From contig JBHGNT010000006.1 of NCBI GenBank assembly GCA_043228905.1, positions 7,936,001-8,000,000 of the forward strand: DNA of 64,000 bases, given 5' to 3'. This DNA is from Azolla caroliniana. Taxonomy: Eukaryota > Plantae > Polypodiophyta. The notes beneath the pieces were generated by a model. That model ran no database searches. It had not been told where the DNA came from and worked only from the letters and a program-made list of their open reading frames with translations. Below, piece after piece: positions 61,101-64,000 of this stretch. Numbering within the stretch: the stretch's first letter is position 1; each line of letters opens with the position of its first letter. The position numbers were made by a program, and so were the translations under genes.

Positions 61101-63675
61101 TCAACTCTACAAGGAGCAGTCCCGACCGGCAAGAGACCGGTTAGCACTCGAGGATCCGGCCGAAGACGGTGAAGAAACAGAACCGGCCGAAGAAGATGAA
61201 AATAATACCGGAACCGGCCCCGATCCCGAAATGGATTCGGATGAAGAAGAATCGGAAGAACCGGTTACCGAAGCTCCGGAACGGAGATACCCTCTTAGAG
61301 AGAGAAGGCCCCCCCGGAGATTTCCGGAACCAGAGCACGTGCTGCTAACCGACGAGGGGGAGCCGGAGAGCTTTGAAGAAGCGAAGCATGACACCCATAG
61401 CCGCAGGTGGTTAAGTGCCATGCAGGAGGAGATGGACTCCCTGCATGAGAACCACACATATGAACTTGTGGAGTTGCCTAAAGGAAAACGGGCACTCCGT
61501 AACAAGTGGGTGTTCAAGCTGAAACCGGGAGATGCCGGAAACCCCCCGAGATACAAAGCCAGGATCGTGGTGAAGGGGTTTCAGCAGAAGAAGGGCGTCG
61601 ACTTCGACGAGATATTTGCCCCGGTAGTGAAGATGACCTCCATCCGGACGGTGCTGAGCATAGCGGCAAGCATGGACCTCGAGGTAGAACAGATGGACGT
61701 GAAGACGGCATTCCTTCACGGTGACCTCGAAGAAGAGATCTACATGCAGCAACCGGAAGGATTCGAGAAGAAAGGAAAGGAGCACCTGGTATGCCGGCTG
61801 AAGAAGAGCCTCTACGGTCTGAAGCAGGCTCCCCGGCAGTGGTACCGAAAGTTTGACTCCTTCATGACCGATGAAGGGTACCACAAAACGCAGTCCGACC
61901 ACTGCGTGTTTGTGAAGAAGTTCGACGGAGGAGACTCTCTAATACTCCTCCTGTACGTGGACGACATGTTGATCGTCGGACGGGACCAGGTCAAGATACG
62001 GATGCTGAAGAAGGCTCTTCACCGAACCTTCTCAATGAAAGACCTGGGTCCGGCGAGGCAAATACTAGGGATGCACATCATCCGGGACCGGAAGAAGAAG
62101 CAGTTGTGGCTGTCACAGGAGAAGTACGTGACAAAGGTGCTTCAACGGTTCAACATGTCGGAAGCTAGACCGGTCGGATCAACCCTCCCGGCAAACTGCA
62201 AGCTGTCCAGCAAGCAAAGCCCCAAGACAAAGGCTGAGAAGGAGGACATGATGAAAGTACCATATGCCTCTGTCGTCGGAAGCTTGATGTACGCAATGGT
62301 GTGTACAAGACCGGACATAGGATATGCAGTCGGAGTGGTGAGCCGGTACATGAGCAATCCCGGAAAAGAGCACTGGAACGCGGTCAAGTGGATACTCCGA
62401 TACCTGAAGGGCACGGCAAACGTGTGCCTCCGATTCGGCTCCGGTAAGCCCGAACTCGACGGCTTTACCGATTCAGATATGTCGGCTGATGCAGATACCA
62501 GCCGGTCCACATCAGGGTATGTGATGACGTATGCAGGGGGAGCTGTTTCGTGGCAGTCGAGGCTGCAGAAGACGGTTGCGTTGTCAACCACGGAGGCGGA
62601 GTACATGGCGGCTGTTGAAGCCGGCAAGGAAATAATATGGATGAAGGACTTCATTAGAGAGCTCGGTATCCGGCAGGAGGAGTACCGACTCTACTGCGAT
62701 AGTCAGAGTGCCATCCACCTTGCGAAGAACGCGGCCTATCACTCCAGGACGAAGCACATCCAGCGAAGATATCACTGGATCCGGGAAAGGATAGAAGACC
62801 AGGAGTTCGTGCTGACGAAGATCCACACGGACGAAAACGGCTCAGATATGCTGACCAAAGTGCTCACACCCGACAAGCTGGAAGCATGCCGGAAGAGGAT
62901 CGGATTGGAGAGACATCCCATGCCGAAGTGAAGGGGGAGTTTGTTGGGATATCGGTCCCTCCGGATGGGATGTCCGGAGATGAATGAGGGCAAGCCCGGT
63001 TGCGGTTACGGAACCGGAGGATGAAGAGTACCCGGCATGAAGCCGGATGAAGAGTACCCGGCTACGGAGCCGGATGATGAAAACCCGGCTACGGAGCCGG
63101 ATGATGAAGACCCGGCTACGGAGCCGGATGACGAAGACCCGGCTACGGAGCCGGATGATGAAGACCCGGCTACAGAGCCGGATGATGTATGTACCCGGAG
63201 AGAGATCCGGATGCGGGGACATATTTGTGAATATGTTTGCCAAGGGCCCTTGAGGCTATATTTGTAAATAGCCCGAAAGTCATATGTGTATAAATATGAC
63301 TTAGGGCAAACTGTTTGTTGTTGCTGAAAAGTTGCTGCTCATATTTTTCTGTTTTTCCACTTAGAGGGAGTGAGGTGAGCAGCCGAGAGAGAGAGAGAGA
63401 GAGAGAGAGACGAAGAGGTCGTGGCCTCTGTGTATTACCGCCGCCTGTGGCGAAGATAGTGAGCTCAAGGTTGTTGCCTTGTAGCTTCACCATTGTACAT
63501 CTCTGTTTATAGTGACAGTTGGAGTTTGAGGACTCCCGTGGTTTTTCCCATTTAGGGTTTTCCACGTAAAACATCCTGTGTACCTCTCTCTCTATTGTCT
63601 TCGTGCATTTTGCATTTCCCGTTTTCTGAGAGTTGATCCTTTTCCTCGGTTGTGGCCGAGCGGGTTTTTTCAACA
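58111..63675 (+). mobile_element. Intact Ty1/copia element D
   Basis: TSD TCACG; LTRs 58111-58826 and 62942-63675; Met PBS 58830-58841; PPT AAGGGGGAG; 27-bp U3 repeats (about 5). Confidence 0.98.
58858..62931 (+). CDS. pol: Copia D gag-pol polyprotein, 1357 aa, uninterrupted
   Basis: Single ORF from MEGGGSG with knuckle, DSGAS, HTDVC/ADNGGEY/LAER integrase triad, YVDDML and FTDSD..SDMLTK. Confidence 0.97.
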   Translation: MEGGGSGQPGMMVLNAQNYADWKIKMEDLLIVRDLYEPIDRSEIPKGVLESEWRLLNRKAVATIRQYVDVSVLQHVANDTNAYEMWKKLSGLYERKNALNRTSLMRKIVNLKYRDGESMVEHVSTFMGFVNQLAAIKFPLEDAMQAIILMCTLPESWENLVVTLSTSCTEDNLSLQTVKTSILNEEARRRDKEPASDSKALLTESERGRQWNRSPQRREKSGTRSQSRGRPTCFHCGKPGHFRKNCRHYRKDNGADDTDSKKSPERNGAYRGATNRRGPDQRGQDRKGTTALAASEEEIMLITEERELNLAGDETTWVVDSGASFHLTPEKKYFSSYTAGEHGCVRMGNEGTCRIAGIGDVWLMTSTGCKMLLKDVRHVPEVRLNLISAGRLDDEGYTGSIRNGVMKFSKGSLIVARARKVNTLYLMNARLCPEELNVAADTAGELWHKRLCHISEKGMKRLAEDNLIPVKHVHLEKCTDCLAGKQNRTSFHSRPPMRRSAPLELVHTDVCQVETKSHGGAQYFVTFIDDHSRKLWTAPLKTKDQVLSVFKELHARVERESGKKLKAIRADNGGEYRGQFEEYCRSMGIRLEFTVPKTPELNGLAERMNRTIMERVRSMLAHAKLPKGFWAEAMSTTTYVINRSPSVPLDGDTPQRVWTGKEVSYRHLKVFGCLVYVHVAKDRRGKLDPKTRPCIFLGYGNDEFGYRVWDPVDKKIFRSRDIIFMEDKTLADWESEKKMKSSKSTGEDQLYKEQSRPARDRLALEDPAEDGEETEPAEEDENNTGTGPDPEMDSDEEESEEPVTEAPERRYPLRERRPPRRFPEPEHVLLTDEGEPESFEEAKHDTHSRRWLSAMQEEMDSLHENHTYELVELPKGKRALRNKWVFKLKPGDAGNPPRYKARIVVKGFQQKKGVDFDEIFAPVVKMTSIRTVLSIAASMDLEVEQMDVKTAFLHGDLEEEIYMQQPEGFEKKGKEHLVCRLKKSLYGLKQAPRQWYRKFDSFMTDEGYHKTQSDHCVFVKKFDGGDSLILLLYVDDMLIVGRDQVKIRMLKKALHRTFSMKDLGPARQILGMHIIRDRKKKQLWLSQEKYVTKVLQRFNMSEARPVGSTLPANCKLSSKQSPKTKAEKEDMMKVPYASVVGSLMYAMVCTRPDIGYAVGVVSRYMSNPGKEHWNAVKWILRYLKGTANVCLRFGSGKPELDGFTDSDMSADADTSRSTSGYVMTYAGGAVSWQSRLQKTVALSTTEAEYMAAVEAGKEIIWMKDFIRELGIRQEEYRLYCDSQSAIHLAKNAAYHSRTKHIQRRYHWIRERIEDQEFVLTKIHTDENGSDMLTKVLTPDKLEACRKRIGLERHPMPK

Positions 63676-64000
63676 TCACGTTCACCTACCACCACCGATC
63701 TCTCCTATAGGACTCACGCCGGCACTCGGGCCAACCACCGGATCGGTGTGAGGATCTTCGTAGACCGCCCTTTCTACCTTCAGTTGCCACCTTGCCACCG
63801 CCACCGTTCGTTATTCTAGGTCTCACGCATGCTCTCATTGCCGGCTAGCGAGAGTGTCTAGAACCGGTGTGCGTAAGGTCGTAGCTAACCGCTTGTCGTT
63901 TTCTGTCCTCCCTTGTCCTGCACCGTCTATACCGAACACTATCCCATATTCGTGCTTGCTTTGGCCCTCGATGGCCACACGCATGTCTTCTGTTCCGCTT

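Larger units (their letters stand above)
55722..64000 (-). mobile_element. G7, G4-like element: 3' LTR (55722-57492, split by a solo LTR) plus internal region continuing beyond the window
   Basis: LTR termini TGTCGCGTTG..CACGACA; PPT GGTGGGGGTGGA next to 57493; internal TCTAGAACCGGTGTG blocks resemble G4. Confidence 0.8.

Overview
Eukaryotic, plant-type heterochromatic window with no host gene. The Met-i and Trp primer sites, GT-AG introns and telobox motifs point to a plant; a non-seed land plant is my guess only. It is a deeply nested transposon stack: seven Ty3/gypsy elements or fragments (G1-G7), four Ty1/copia elements (A-D, of which D is intact), a copia solo LTR and a copia LTR fragment (E). 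The most unusual object is an 11.8-kb cut-and-paste DNA transposon (8725-20552, 25-bp TIRs, AGAA TSD) inserted in the RT of G1. It encodes a spliced Sola2-like DDD transposase and a convergent multi-exon accessory gene with a RING-H2-like finger and two phase-compatible last exons, one a degenerate FCP1/HAD phosphatase-like domain. Introns of both genes hold kb-scale arrays of the palindrome TAGCTAATTAGCTA, which also sits just inside both TIRs. Other notable signals: three tRNA-like Pol III (A/B-box) modules inside a young gypsy LTR, a conserved -1 frameshift pseudoknot, a ~4.3-kb-arm copia inverted repeat and an inferred seven-level nesting chain. There is a 100-N gap at 38355-38454. All calls were made by eye without database searches.
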